A stretch of 64,000 nt of DNA from Paraspadella gotoi (lineage: Eukaryota; Animalia; Chaetognatha): contig CM119265.1 of the NCBI GenBank assembly GCA_051294375.1, forward strand, positions 3,096,254 to 3,160,253. Direction: 5' to 3'. Shown piece by piece: positions 28,201-40,797 of this stretch. Positions within the stretch are counted from its first letter, which is position 1; each line of letters begins with the position of its first letter. The notes under the pieces are model-generated. The model searched no databases. It saw only the letters and a program-made list of their open reading frames with translations, and was not told the origin of the DNA. The translations under genes and the position numbers were made by a program.

Positions 28201-30288
28201 AATAAAGTCTGTACAGCTCTTACCACCCAAATTGCGACATCTTCGTTTCCAAGCTTTCTTCCCAACATAAACCGATACTGTTAATTCCAGAATCATCCAA
28301 TTGCTCGAAGGTTCTCCATCTACTTGGCCTATATCCATCAATCCATCAATCACATGACATCACTCCTGAATCATTATCCAATTGACTAGGTTCTCTTCTC
28401 CAAAAATTCTTCTAGAATTTACCAATCAAGGAACGCATCAATCCAATCAATCGCAACTCTCAGTCAATCACAGACCCTTGCACCCTCGGCGACAAGCAGT
28501 CATTGCCTTCGCGCCTTCTCCACAATCGTCCAAAGGTAGAGTTCCAAGCCGCCACTCTGTGCTTTTCCCTTTTATTCGCCGGAAACGAATCGTTCCGCCC
28601 CCTTAGTAGCCGAGAGAGCGGACCCCGCGCATTGTGGGTTCGCGCGCCCCTGACCATTCTCGGCCCGGGCCACGCGGCAGCACTGTCTCGCCGTGGTGCG
28701 AGAGTCGCCCGGGTCTTAAAGTTAACAAAACAGTCAACCTCAATGTAAATAACCCCAAGGGGGTATCCGGAAAAGCTTCCCCGATATGTCTTACATGAAT
28801 CGAAAGGTCCCCCAAACTGGGAGGAGCATACAAGGGTAAGGATAGAACTCCGAGCTAATGCCTGTTGGATCCAAAAGAGGTTGACTGGTGTAGTGGGTTT
28901 GTTAAGGAGGGTTTCCTATCTTTCGAATTTTTCTTTCCGCTCCCATTCCTAGTGTCTACTAAGCTGCACACAAATTACTTACAAAGCTAGCCAAAGTCCA
29001 GATGAAATTTANNNNNNNNNNNNNNNNNNNNNNNNNCTAACAAATACTTACATAGGCACTAGCAAAGCCAATGGAAATTAACATGTAATGTATACACGCC
29101 ATTAAACATAATCTTCTATGAGCTCCTTTACAAAATGATATAAAAATTTTTGATGAATTCTGACTATGCAACATTAAAAAAGATAAGACAAAAAATTATA
29201 CTTACAGCTTTTTAAAAAATTCTTACTTTTTTCTAGTTAAAATACTAAAAAAAACTAATAAAATCCATCGAAAGTTATTATGAATTTGATTTTTTATACG
29301 TTCTTTTCTTTTTTGATAACCTGACGTTATCATACACAATGATTATTAAAAAAGAATTCATTACTTTGTGCGAGACAACTGTTATCGAATTACCTGTTTC
29401 TTAAAAAATTAAAATTCTTCCCCAAAAAAATTGTTAGTCCTTTCCTATCTATAAATAAATAATTTAAAAAAATAATTACTAGTGGGTATAGTAGAGCCAT
29501 ATGAGAAGTTATTTTGTCCATGAAAGTTATAACTTAAAATGTTATAAATTTCAGCTTTGAGCAATTACCGTCACTCTAAATTTTGACTCACCCATTGCGT
29601 GCGCTTCCCCTATCATAGCCTCTTCACCTTATTATTTAATATTCGAAATTAAATGAATTTTTTTGTTTTTGTTAACAGTCAATTAAATTTGTTTTATTTT
29701 TAGCAGAAGAAAAACGTACTTGTTTCGACTAATATGTTCATTTAATTATAATTTAAAACGCAACGAAGAGAAAAGCTTCGAAATAAAAAAAAAATTACTC
29801 TGGGGAGTGAATAAACGAACTGTGAGAGAGTCTTGATTAAAAGCTTGCAAGGAACCTGCTACGTCATTTATCTTGTAAGCAGTGATGGAGCCTTAAAACC
29901 ACCAAAGCCGTCCAAAGTCAGGCAGATGCTTATTTATTGAATGAATGGATAATTTTATATTTGTTGTACCAATTTCATAATCATAACCTTGGAGGTTATG
30001 AGCGACTCTCGACTCACCGCGGACTGGCATTTCCCAGACCGCCAGTCTTGGAAGGGTCTTCACCGCATCACCCGGCACCCGACGCACGTTTCGGAGGGGG
30101 AATTTGATCCGGATGATAGAATACGGAGCACAGACGTTGCGTGAGATCTATTGATGGTGGCCGGGAGAAAGAGGGGCAAGAGAACGGGGAGAGGAGAAGG
30201 GAAGAGAGGAGAGAGAGAGGTGAAGTAAGGAGAGAGGAGAGAAGGATAGAGGAAGGAAGGGGAGGAGGGAGGGAGGGAGAGAGAGAGA

Positions 30289-30321
<33 letters not shown>

Positions 30322-33300
30322 CTGAGAGGAAGGGAGAGAAGAGGAGAGCGAGAAGGTGAATAGTAAGGAATGAGGAGAGAGTGGATAGAGGGAAGAGGGG
30401 AGGGGAGAGAGGGAGAGGAGAGGAGGAATGAGAAAGGGCGTAGGAAAGGAGGAAGAAAAGGACAGAGAGATAGAGAAACAAAGAAGAAGACTAGAAGGTA
30501 ATTAATGTAGAAATAGTTTAATAATGTGAAATCAATCAATTAATTAATTAATGGTGAATTGATTTCAATAAATGGAAGGAGAAGGACCCGAAGAGACAAA
30601 AACAGGAATTGATTCCCTCACAATTAACTACCCGGTAATAAATAACTGGGCCTCGGGTTCCCCCGCATCAACAGCTGCTCTGTTCACTGACTCCGCTGCC
30701 CGCAACCGCCGCAGTTTCTGCCACACTCTCCGCTGCCACAGCTTCCCAAACCGCAACCGCCTTAACTTCACCCACCAACGTAAGCGTTCAGGTACGACCG
30801 AGGGGAAATTCGATCTCCGGCCCTCAAAGTTTTAGTTTCTTCGCAAATTCCTCGTTTCGACCGGAACGTGGCAAGTTGGACGAGGAAAACCGTGGAAGGC
30901 TTGCCTGGAAGAAATAGAGAAGAGAGAGAGAAGTATGAAATTTTAGAGAGGAACACTGAAGAGAGAATTAGAGAAGTTGAAATTAAATAGTAAAAGAGAG
31001 GAAAAATGTAGTTGGTGTGGCTACAGAGGGTGGAGATTACTGTGACTGAGTATTTCAAACGGTACTAAACATTACACAAAACTAATGTTTTTCACTTTTT
31101 GATTAACTTACACACTCTCTCTCCCTCTCTCTCTCTCTCTTCTCTTTCTCTCTCTCTTTAACGTTTTCATACTCTCAAACATAAACTGTTATTACAAATA
31201 TTAGTGAACCTCTTCTTCACGTGAACCTCTCTTCATTGTGAAACCTCTTCTCATTTGAACCTCTTCTCACGGTGATAACATACAACACCTAAAATCACCG
31301 TCGACCGTCCATTCGGTGCGGTGCTAGGCGGCGGCGGCTGAACCTCCTGAGGCCGGGCGTCTGCTGAGCGTTGGGCCAGAATGCGACACGCTGACTTTGA
31401 GGACGTACGAGGAATCCTTCGTTGACAGACTGGACGACAGACTTGACTGTCGCGTTGGGGCGAGAGCAGGATTCGAGTGGCCCCCTCTTAATGCTAATGT
31501 ATACAGCATTAAAATAATCTATTATGAGCTCCTTACAAAATGATATAAAACATTTTTTGATGAATTCTGATAGAACATAAAAAGATAAACAAAAAATATA
31601 ATTACAGCTTTTAAAAATTCTTACGTTTTTTCAGTAAAAATCTAAAAAAACTAATAAAATCATCGAAAGATGATGATGATTATTTTATACGTTCTTTCTT
31701 ATTTTTGACCTACTTATCATACAAATATTTAAAAAAGAATTATACTTTGTGGAGACAACTGTTATCGAATCTGGTCTTAAAAATTAAAATTTCCCAAAAC
31801 ATTTTTAGTCCTTTCCTATCTATAAATAAATATTTAAAAAATAATTACTAGGGTATAGAGCCATATGAGAAATTTTTTGTCCATTGAAAGTATACTTAAA
31901 ATGTATAAATTTTAGTTTGAGCAATTACTCACTCTAAATTTTTGACTCACCCCATTGCGTTGCGGCTTCCCCTATCATAGCCCTCTTACCTTATTTTTTG
32001 AATAATTCGAAATTAAAATGAATTTTTTGTTTTTGTTAACAGTCAATAAATTTGTTCTAGTGTATTTTTAGAAGGAAGAAAACGTACTTGTTTTCGGCTA
32101 ATATGTTTCATTTAATTATAATTTATAAACGACAACGAAGAGAAAAAGCTCGAAATAAAAAAAAAAATACTCTGGAAGTGAAATAAACGAGACTGTGAAG
32201 AGGTCTTGATTGAAAGCTTGCAGACCTGCTATTCATTATTCTTGTAAGAGTGATGGAGGCCTAAACCACCAAAGCCTGTCCAAAGTCAGGGGCAAGTATA
32301 GCTTATTTATTGAATGAATGGATAATGTTATATTGGTTGTACCAATTTCATATCATAACCTTGGAAGGTTAAATTATGTCCGACTCTCGACTCACCCGCG
32401 ACATGGCATTTCCCAGAACCGCAGTCTTGGAACGGGTCTTCACCGCAGTCACCCGGCACGACGCCGTTCGAGGGGAATTGATCCGGATGATAGAATACGA
32501 GCACAGACGTGCGTGAGATCTTTGATTGGTGGCCTGAGAAAGAGGGAGGGGGAAGAGAAGGGGAGGAAGNNNNNNNNNNNNNNNNNNNNNNNNNNNNNNN
32601 NNNNNNNNNNNNNNNNNNNNNNNNNNNNNNNNNNNNNNNNNNNNNNNNNNNNNNNNNNNNNNNNNNNNNNNNNNNNNNNNNNNNNNNNNNNNNNNNNNNN
32701 NNNNNNNNNNNNNNNNNNNNNNNNNNNNNNNNNNNNNNNNNNNNNNNNNNNNNNNNNNNAGAGGGAGAGAAGGATAGAGGGAAGAAGGGGAGGGAGAGAG
32801 GGAGAGGCAGAGGAGGAATGAGAAAGGGCGTAGGAAAGGAGGAAGAAAAGACAGAGAGATAGAGAAACAAGAAGAGATAGAAGGTAATTAATGTGAAATA
32901 GTTAAATAATGTGAATCAATCAATTAATTAATTAATGTGAATTGATTTCAATAAATGAGAGAAGGACGAAGAGACAAAAACAGGGAATGATTCCCTCACA
33001 ATTAACACCGGTAATAAATAACTGGGCCTCTCGCTTCCGCATCAACAGCTGCTCTGTCACGACTCCGCTGCCGCAACCGCCGCAGTTCTGCCACATCTCC
33101 GCTGCCACAGCTTCCCCAAACGCAACCGCCTTAACTCACCCACGTAAGCGTTCAGGTACGACCGAGGGGGAAATTCGATCTCGCAAGTTTTAGTTTCTTC
33201 GCAAATTCCTCGTTCGACCGGAACGTGGCATTGGAGAGGAAAACCGTGGAAGGCTTTGCCTGGAAAAATAGAGAAGAGAAGAGAGAAGTTGAAATTAGAG

Positions 33301-33457
33301 AGGAAACTGAAGAGAGAATAGAGAAGTTGAAATTAGATAGGTAAAAAGAGAGGAAAAATGTAGTTGTGTGGCTACAGAGGGTGAGTACTGTGTACTGAGT
33401 ATTCAAAGGTACTAAACAATACACAAAACATAATGTTCACTTTTTGATTAACTTACA

Positions 33458-33503
<46 letters not shown>

Positions 33504-34402
33504 TAACGTTTCATATCTCTCAAACATAAACTGTTATTACAAATATTAGTGAACCTCTTCTCACGTGAACCTCTTCTCATGTGAACCTCTTCTCATGTGA
33601 ACCTCTTCTCACGTGAACCTCTTCCCCCCCCTAAATCACCGTCGACCGTCCATTCGTGCGGTGCGGCGGCGGCGGCTGAACCTCCTGAGGCGGCGTCTGC
33701 TGAGGCGTTGGCCAGAATGCGACACGTGACTTTGGAGACGTCGAGGAATCCTTCGTGACAGACTGGACGACAGACTTGACTGTCGTTGGGGCGAGAGCAG
33801 GATTCGAGGTGCCCTCCTTTCACTCTGGGTCTGAAAAAGGAAACAAATGATTGATTGAATGATTATATTTGTTTGTTGATTCGCCCTATTAATTATTAAG
33901 TTTGACTGATTGATTGTTTTGAACTATCCGTCTGCTTTCGCGAACCTCTCATTCCCCAGCATCTTTCCGTCTTTCTCCATCATTCTCTCAATTCCCAGCA
34001 TCTTTCCGTCTTTCTCCATCATTCTCTCAATTATTGCCATTATCCCATCCCGTCAGTATCTCAAACTAATCATCTAACTCCGTAAACCTCTTAAAAGTTA
34101 CCCCCTCTTGTCTTACTCCATCAAGATCCCCATCATCATCTCACCCGTCAATTTCTCCATCTTACCCCATCAATCTCCCATCAATCACTCCATCACCTGC
34201 TGCATTGACTCTCGCAGCCAATCTCCCCCTCCGCCTCGAATTCTCCCGACTGCCGACAGATCAGGCGCCCGAAGGGAGAGAGAGGGGCGACGCACTGGGG
34301 GAAGCAGGCGGAGCCGAGGACTTCGCCTGATTGGGGGAAAGGGGAGGGAGAGAGGGGAGGGGAAAAAAATTAGGGTGAATAGTAAAACCCCGCCTTTCAA
34401 CT

Positions 34403-34465
<63 letters not shown>

Positions 34466-34764
34466 CCTTTTAATCATCAACCAACTCTTTTAAATACAGC
34501 CAAACTTGAAATAAATAACAGTACAGCAAAAGAACAACTCCTCTTCCTCCTCCTCTTCCTCTTACCCTCGCATTTAACGCCACGCCCCCCCGAGACGGTC
34601 GTCGTCGCCTCTCGACATTTGACGCTCCAGAATTTGATGTCGGCGACGACAGGCCCGCGACGAAGACTCCGAACCCGGGTGATGATGATTCCGTAGCAAC
34701 CTGTTCGAAAATTGAATGGGCAGCTATGCAGGCCGGGTTGCAGGGTACATGGCCTTGTCTAGAA

Positions 34765-34819
<55 letters not shown>

Positions 34820-36850
34820 TATATGACGACTCTATCTCTATCTCGTTGACGGTGGGCGAGGACGTGTCCCATCTCTCGTCGTGTCTGGAGGTAAGTGTCG
34901 TCCACTCGTTGTTGCGGTAATACGAGCTGCGTCGTTGGGTGAGGAACGGGTAAGTTATTTCACGAAGAGAAAAAAGGTCATACATAAAAAAAATGTAGGC
35001 TTAAATACTGAGACGATTGAAATATTTAAAAAGTTAAAAAAATTGAAATATGATAATATTTATTATACCATCGCAGGAGAATCAAGCCACCAAAAGCAAA
35101 TCGGATCGGAGACTCGGGCGATCTCCGCGGAAATGGAATCGCCGAATCCTGATTGGTCAAGCATGGAACCGGAATCAACCAATCAGCTTGCAGTATCATC
35201 GGAACTAAATTTTACCCACGTCGCCGATCCTCTTCCTTAGTTATAAATAGACCAAGCTTGTTTTAGTTTCAGTAGCTTTGATCAAGACTCCTGCGCGTGT
35301 CTCACCGTCACCTTTATTTTCAGAATAAAATCTTTTCCTGATTTCAACAATAGAAATTCATGAGATTTTCCTTAAATGTGGTGACAGGACCTTACATTAT
35401 TATATTTATATATTTTCAAATATTTAAATTATTTACCAATTAGTACATTATAACGTTTCTAGTCCAACTTATCTACAGATTAGATGAACCTAGTAAACTT
35501 TCATTTATCTGTTGGAGTTACGATTATTATCATACAATATACAAAATATATTATTGTAATATTATTATTATTTTTATTTTGATGTTCATTTGTTCACTTC
35601 TTCTCTCTCCCCCGGCCGAAGCGACACCTGCAGTTTTTAGCCGCGACGATCCTATAATCTCTCGCTCCTCTTTGGCGTCGGTCGTTGCTGGAGCAGCCCC
35701 AGTCTCTGTTACAGCTGTCGAACCTGCGGGCGAATGTACAGATGAAGGCGAATAAGACGAGGGCGAAAAGATTTGGTACAGAGAGAATCGTTTTAAGAGT
35801 TTAAGTGATGAATTGTGTTTTAATATTATCGTCAGTTGGTCATAGTGAAAGGGTGGGATCATGTCTGAAACAGGTTAACTCTGCTTAAGGAAAAAGAGTC
35901 AGGTTTTAAAAAATTGGAATGATCATATAAATTTGGTAGAATTAATAATTTTCAAAATAAAAAAAAAAAAAAATTTCTCCCCGGCGGGGAATCGAACCCC
36001 GGTCTCTCGCGTGACAGGCGAGGATACTCACCACTATACTACCGAGGACTGCTTGTTAATTGCTTGTGAGCAAATAACAAAATAACAAAATAACAAATAA
36101 CAAATAACAAATAACAAATAACAAATAACAAATAACAAATAACAAATAACAAATAACAAATAACAAATAACAAAATAACGAAGTACGAAATTTTTTTCTT
36201 GGGTGAAGATCTTTTTATTCTAAACTCCGGTAATTTAAAGAAAGAAAATATAAAATCGACGTAAATCAAAAATAATGGCCAGTGTGGGGATCGAACCCGC
36301 GACCTTGGCGTTATTAGCACCACGCTCTAACCAGCTGAGCTAACCGGCCTCACTGAAAACCCGATCACTTTGCTTTGGGATTATTACAAATTTAACGTAA
36401 GATTTAATTAGGGATCCGATTCTCACATTGGCCTCGGTTCCTCTGTTCCAAAATATTATCAGATATCTGTTTAAAAAAGCTTTGCGAGACAAAAGTGAAT
36501 GAGAACGAATAAATACATATAAAATTTAATATATAAATGAAGTAAGTTTATAATTTATTTTTAAAATCTTAAAAAACATTTGCATCGGCCGGGAATCGAA
36601 CCCGGGCCGTGCAGGCGAGCATTCTACCACTGAACCACCGATGCTTCAGGGAACAACCTGACAATTAGAATCTGAACTCTAATACAAGAAACAAAACGTG
36701 GAGAATAAAAAACTCAGAATCACAAGCAGGCGCAGCAGAGCTGACGAAATCCCCTGTAGGAGCAAGAGCGGGAAGAGGAGCAGTAGCAGGAGCTGCCTCA
36801 GAGTCTCACAAAATTAGTAGAGAAAGATCACGAGGGCAAGTTTCATTGGT

Positions 36851-36890
<40 letters not shown>

Positions 36891-36892
36891 TT

Positions 36893-36954
<62 letters not shown>

Positions 36955-38389
36955 TTTATCGGCTTCAGGCTTCACTTGTCCCTTGTCCCTTGACTAATTT
37001 ACCTTGTTCACCCACAAAAATAATTATTAGTATTTTATTTCGAGTACAGAAACGATTATTTGACTAATATCGTCATGTTTAATTTCGATTTTCGTATATG
37101 AGCTACTTTCATACGAATAGTTTTAATGATATTTCATGGATAAATTTCTATGTACACCAAAGAATAGTCAGCGTGGGCGCCATGGCTTAGTTGGTTAAAG
37201 CGCCTGTCTAGTAAACAGGAGATCCCGAGTTCGAATCTCGGTGGTGCCTCAATTTTTCAATTTTTAATTCCTCAGTGATAGCGATTATTCGTCAAATGTA
37301 AGATTATTAACTTGTATTTACCGGAATGGAATAATGATATTGAAAAATAATAAATACAACAACAATAACAATCACAATAGTAATAACAATAACAATATAT
37401 GTCTTTACTTACTCTATCCTGATGATTCCGATTTCACGTGGAAATCGATACCAGATGACCTAGAATTCGGAAAGTAGAAGTTCAGTATTAAAACGAATAC
37501 AAAGTTTTATAAATTTACATATTAAATACAAAAATTACTTTAATGAAACTGGTACAACCAATACGAAAATTATCCATTCATTTAATAAATAAGCTGACTT
37601 TGACTTTGACTTTGACTTTGACTTTGACTTTGACTTTGGACAGACTTTAGTGGTTTAAGACCTCCATCACTCATACAAGATAATGACATAGCATGTCCCT
37701 GCAAGCTTTTACTCTCTCACAGTCTCGTTTATTCGATCCCGGTGTACCTGGCTTCCCTATCAATGAAGTGGTATAATGTTTCAAAGAATGTTTCAATTGT
37801 AATTATTAATTAATTAAATAATTTTTCCCAACGACGAAATAGTAAATCTGTAGCAAAATTATGCAAACAAATTAACCTTACAACTAACTAACTAACACCA
37901 CCAACTGCAAGAGACAACAACCCGCATTCCGCAGCCTTCCTTCAACCATCTCGAGCACCACCTGATCTCCGAGGGCATAGCGGCTTCGACGAGTCGACTC
38001 CCAAAATCTTCGTCCGCTGAAGTCGTCGGGTTTGAAGGCGCGTTGGGCGTCGTACGAGTTGGAGGTGGCGAAGGCTTCGCCGCCCAATTCATTCAGGTCG
38101 AGTGGGATGAGTTGAGAGGTTCCTGGATGTGGGGGTGGTTCGGGGGTGGTTCAGGCGTCTATCGTTGGTTTAAGATTTGTCGACATTAGCGAAACAATTC
38201 AAAATTGTTAATTTTAAGTTTAAAGTTTAAAATTAGGTTTAAGATTAAGATGAAAATATTTAATTTTTAAATGTAGAGATCGGGTCTCGGGCCCTCAGAC
38301 CTTTTAGACATTTACAATATTAAACGATTAACGTTCGAACCTGAAGACCAAAGCAAAGATACAACGAGAAGGAGACGAAGATCCGTCAT
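19279..38389 (-). CDS. Type I membrane receptor: signal peptide, discoidin/F5-8C-like domain, 2 sushi (CCP), RPTP/SUSD1-like juxtamembrane domain, TM, Pro/Tyr-repeat tail (~680 aa, ~14 exons; several indels)
   Basis: Exons 38341-38389 (MTDLRLLLVVSLLWSSG), 37962-38122 (AFATSNSYDAQRAF..FWES), 35628-35723, 35069-35148, 34819-34926, 34566-34700 (CYGIIITRV..VADIKFW), 34197-34326 and 33640-33830 (C..PRVKGG..CRPVCHEGF..VTC..W), 33140-33259, 32396-32519, 21661-21777 (VSLGQGDVFGEKGKKCVNSPL), 21281-21413 (TM IVLVFLFLLFFLLLIVG), 20079-20251, 19279-19698 (YPPPAAG repeats). Some exons need small indel corrections. Confidence 0.75.
19490..19602 (-). repeat. Coding 21-bp repeat encoding (YPPPAAG)x5
   Basis: Plus-strand unit GGCGGCGGATATCCCGCAGCT, with more degenerate YP repeats on both sides. 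Confidence 0.92.
20948..21257. mobile_element. MITE-like repeat with telomere-like core (same family)
   Basis: CGGCGCTCTTTTCTGAAAATGCCCC ... GGGGCGTTCTGGGAAAATAAGGC, with CCCTAACCATAATCACTAA repeats inside. Confidence 0.7.
21914..28950 (+). repeat. Very noisy tandem duplicate of ~19780-21913 plus transposon insertion (probable assembly artefact)
   Basis: Collinear landmarks: 22380-22560 matches the 20079-20251 exon, 25020-25300 matches 21270-21515, 28480-28950 matches 21655-21913. Errors are insertion-rich. Confidence 0.85.
25307..28280. mobile_element. Non-autonomous foldback-like DNA transposon (Tc1/mariner-type TA target), ~3 kb
   Basis: Starts TA|CAGTATTCGGTTT and ends AAACCGATACTG|(T)TA. 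Inverted arms align by eye for roughly 1.1 kb (to ~26450 and ~27050). The empty site ATCAAATAATTCCAG is at 21511-21525. No transposase ORF is visible. Confidence 0.8.
29085..33822 (+). repeat. Tandem ~2.4-kb duplication (29085-31489 vs 31490-33822), probable assembly artefact
   Basis: Collinear copies differing by scattered 1-2 nt indels; adjacent to an N gap. Confidence 0.88.
33549..33623. repeat. 16-bp tandem repeat (~4.5 copies; noisy duplicate at ~31204-31270)
   Basis: Unit GTGAACCTCTTCTCAC/T. Confidence 0.85.
35977..36048 (-). tRNA. tRNA-Asp(GTC)
   Basis: TCCTCGGTAGTATAGTGGTGAGTATCCTCGCCT-GTC-ACGCGAGAGACCGGGGTTCGATTCCCCGCCGGGGAG, 72 nt cloverleaf, followed by an oligo-T Pol III terminator. 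Confidence 0.96.
36276..36349 (-). tRNA. tRNA-Ile(AAT)
   Basis: GGCCGGTTAGCTCAGCTGGTTAGAGCGTGGTGCT-AAT-AACGCCAAGGTCGCGGGTTCGATCCCCACACTGGCCA, 74 nt, T-run downstream. Confidence 0.96.
36581..36644 (-). tRNA. tRNA-Gly(GCC)-type gene with ~7 nt missing from the anticodon arm (pseudogene or assembly error)
   Basis: GCATCGGTGGTTCAGTGGTAGAATGCTCGCCTGCACGGCCCGGGTTCGATTCCCGGCCGATGCA is 64 nt versus the usual 71. Acceptor, D and T arms are intact. Confidence 0.8.
37176..37249 (+). tRNA. tRNA-Thr(AGT)
   Basis: GGCGCCATGGCTTAGTTGGTTAAAGCGCCTGTCT-AGT-AAACAGGAGATCCCGAGTTCGAATCTCGGTGGTGCCT, 74 nt, followed by T-runs. Confidence 0.96.
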
Positions 38390-39501
38390 CGTTATCTGAA
38401 ATAAATCAACAAAAATGGATAGGTATATTAGGTAAATACTAAAATAGCGATAGATACATTCAAACAGGTAGATATGATTAGATAGACGGATACACAGATA
38501 GAGTTCTTGATGATTGATAATTAGAGAGATATTTAGAACATTGAATTTTGAAAGAACCCCCTCCTCGACCTAGCGGAGAGGGAGAAGACGTCGTCAGGAC
38601 TTTACAATTTGACAGGAACGAAATAAGTAAATTAGTCGTCAATTATCGTTTAAGTCGAAATCCAATAATATTAATTTCCCAGTTGTTATTTCCCAGTTGT
38701 CATCCGTATTTTTCATCCTTTGCTTTTTACGAACACCGTCCAGCCGCGTCGCTGCTGCAGCCAATGACTCAACGTAGCATCCAATGCGGCCCAGTACCGC
38801 TAGAATCGTAATCTACAAAGCTCGATCGGGGCCAGATTGTCATTAATGAAGGAGCTGAGTTGAAGTGTCAGATGGTAGTAACTAATTTTTGTCGACGGCT
38901 CGGAATAAGAAAACGTTCATTCAATACAGAAATGCTTATATATATTAGGGCTTAAATATGCCTTTTTTTCTCTCCTCACTTAAAGAACAAAAAAATGGGA
39001 AAGAAATAAATTGGGTAGAAGAACCAAACTTCTTTAGAAATATTTTGTTTTTCAAGTTATACCTTTACTCTACAGAGGGACGTTGCCTTTTTGTTCACAC
39101 AAGGGATTTTCCGAAAAGTGAATTTTTCTTATTACGGCCATTTATTAACGTATGTTGATGCTAATTTAATAACTGTACATTAAAATAACCCAGGTGGATT
39201 CGACGGATTTTTTTTTTTTCAAATTATCGAGACAAAAACTTGAGACTGAAATCGTTATAAAAGAAATTGTCACATTAAACAAATTCTGATTTTAAAAATT
39301 AATATTAATCTTTTGCGCAAAAAAACTATATTTGGCATTGGATAACAATTTAGTACTACAGAGATAAAGATCATCATTCATTTTCATCAGGATCTCCGTC
39401 GACGTTGTTATGACACCTCCTCTTCCTCCTCCTCCTCCTCCTCCTCNNNNNNNNNNTTAAATTCCACTCGATTGCCGATTTTACACCCTTACGGATTGAG
39501 G

Positions 39502-39539
<38 letters not shown>

Positions 39540-40213
39540 TCTAATTGTATCTGTTTAATTTTTTAAAATTTAGTTGGGCGATGAAGACGAAAACAACAAC
39601 AACAACAACTAAGACCAAGATGAGTTTCGCCTCCGAAAAAATTTTTCTCGTTACATTACTACATTTTTTGGAAGGAAGACGAGGACGAGGACGACGACGA
39701 CGACGACGACGACGACGACAACTAAATTTTAGGATTAACTTATTTTCTCCAATTATTGTGAAATTATAAAAATTAAAAAAAAAAAAAAACAACAACTTTA
39801 TATCCATTCGTAAATATATTCTCAATTTGTTTTGATAAGTTTACAAATTTGGCCCCAAGAGGCGTTTCTCATGTAAAATAGTCAACTAATTTTGATTTTT
39901 GTTAAATTTGTTTAAAAAAATTTTAATTTTTTCACAATCTTCGATATCACCGGACCCGTAGTTTCTTTTTACAGATTCACAATTAAGTTAATACTACTTA
40001 CATTTTTCAAAACAGATAATTAACCAACTATAATAAGGCATCTTTGAAAAAAGAAATATCAAACAAAAACTAAAAAAGAAAAACAAACAGTTTTTTAAAA
40101 ACCACTATGTTCCTTTAAAACAAAAAAAAACCACAAACTCCACTTTTTTCTTCGTTTTAATATTAAAAAAAAAGAAGGAAATATAATCTTTTATCTTCTC
40201 CCACTCAAGGGCG

Positions 40214-40766
40214 ATGACCCCTCACTCCCCCTTCTCCCTCTCTCTTCCTCCCTTACTCCTTCCCTTTCACCGTGGACTGCTCTTTTGTTTCCTCTCGTTC
40301 GCCGCTTGTCCGCCAGAGGGCGCGAGGGCGTGGCTCGACGCCGGAGGATTCGCTCGCCGAGTCGATTGTCACGTCTCCTCGTGGACGGAGTGGGCGGGCG
40401 TCGCGCGGGAGATGGGGATCGTGGAAAGAGGTGAGGGTTTGGGTTGGGCAGAGGAGGTCGGTCTGTCTTTCTCTATGTCTTTATGAGCCAGTCTGTCTGT
40501 TTGTCTGTCTATCTCCCCGCTTGCTTGCCTGTGAGTCTTTCTGTTAACCGCTCTTTCAAATTTTCTGTCGGTCTGACTAACCTCCTATTTGTCTGTGAGT
40601 CTGTCTGTTTTTCTGTCTTAATGTGGTTTTGTATGTCTGTCCTGTCAGTTTGCCATTTTGACTCTCTGCCTCTCAGCTTTTCCATCGATGTTCTTAATTA
40701 CAAAAATTAATTCATTATTTTTGTCAACAACTGAACGAAATTGATGGAATATATACATATTTTATT

Positions 40767-40797
<31 letters not shown>

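Noticed and set aside
35799-35871. C/D-box snoRNA-like pattern (GTGATGA...CTGA with GTTT/AAAC stem)
   Set aside because: It is antisense to the host intron, I could not recognise an rRNA guide, and such motifs occur by chance in AT-rich DNA. Infernal/snoscan would decide.
36740-36800. CTGACGA hammerhead-like core
   Set aside because: There is no stem II followed by GAAA, and no matching stems I/III.
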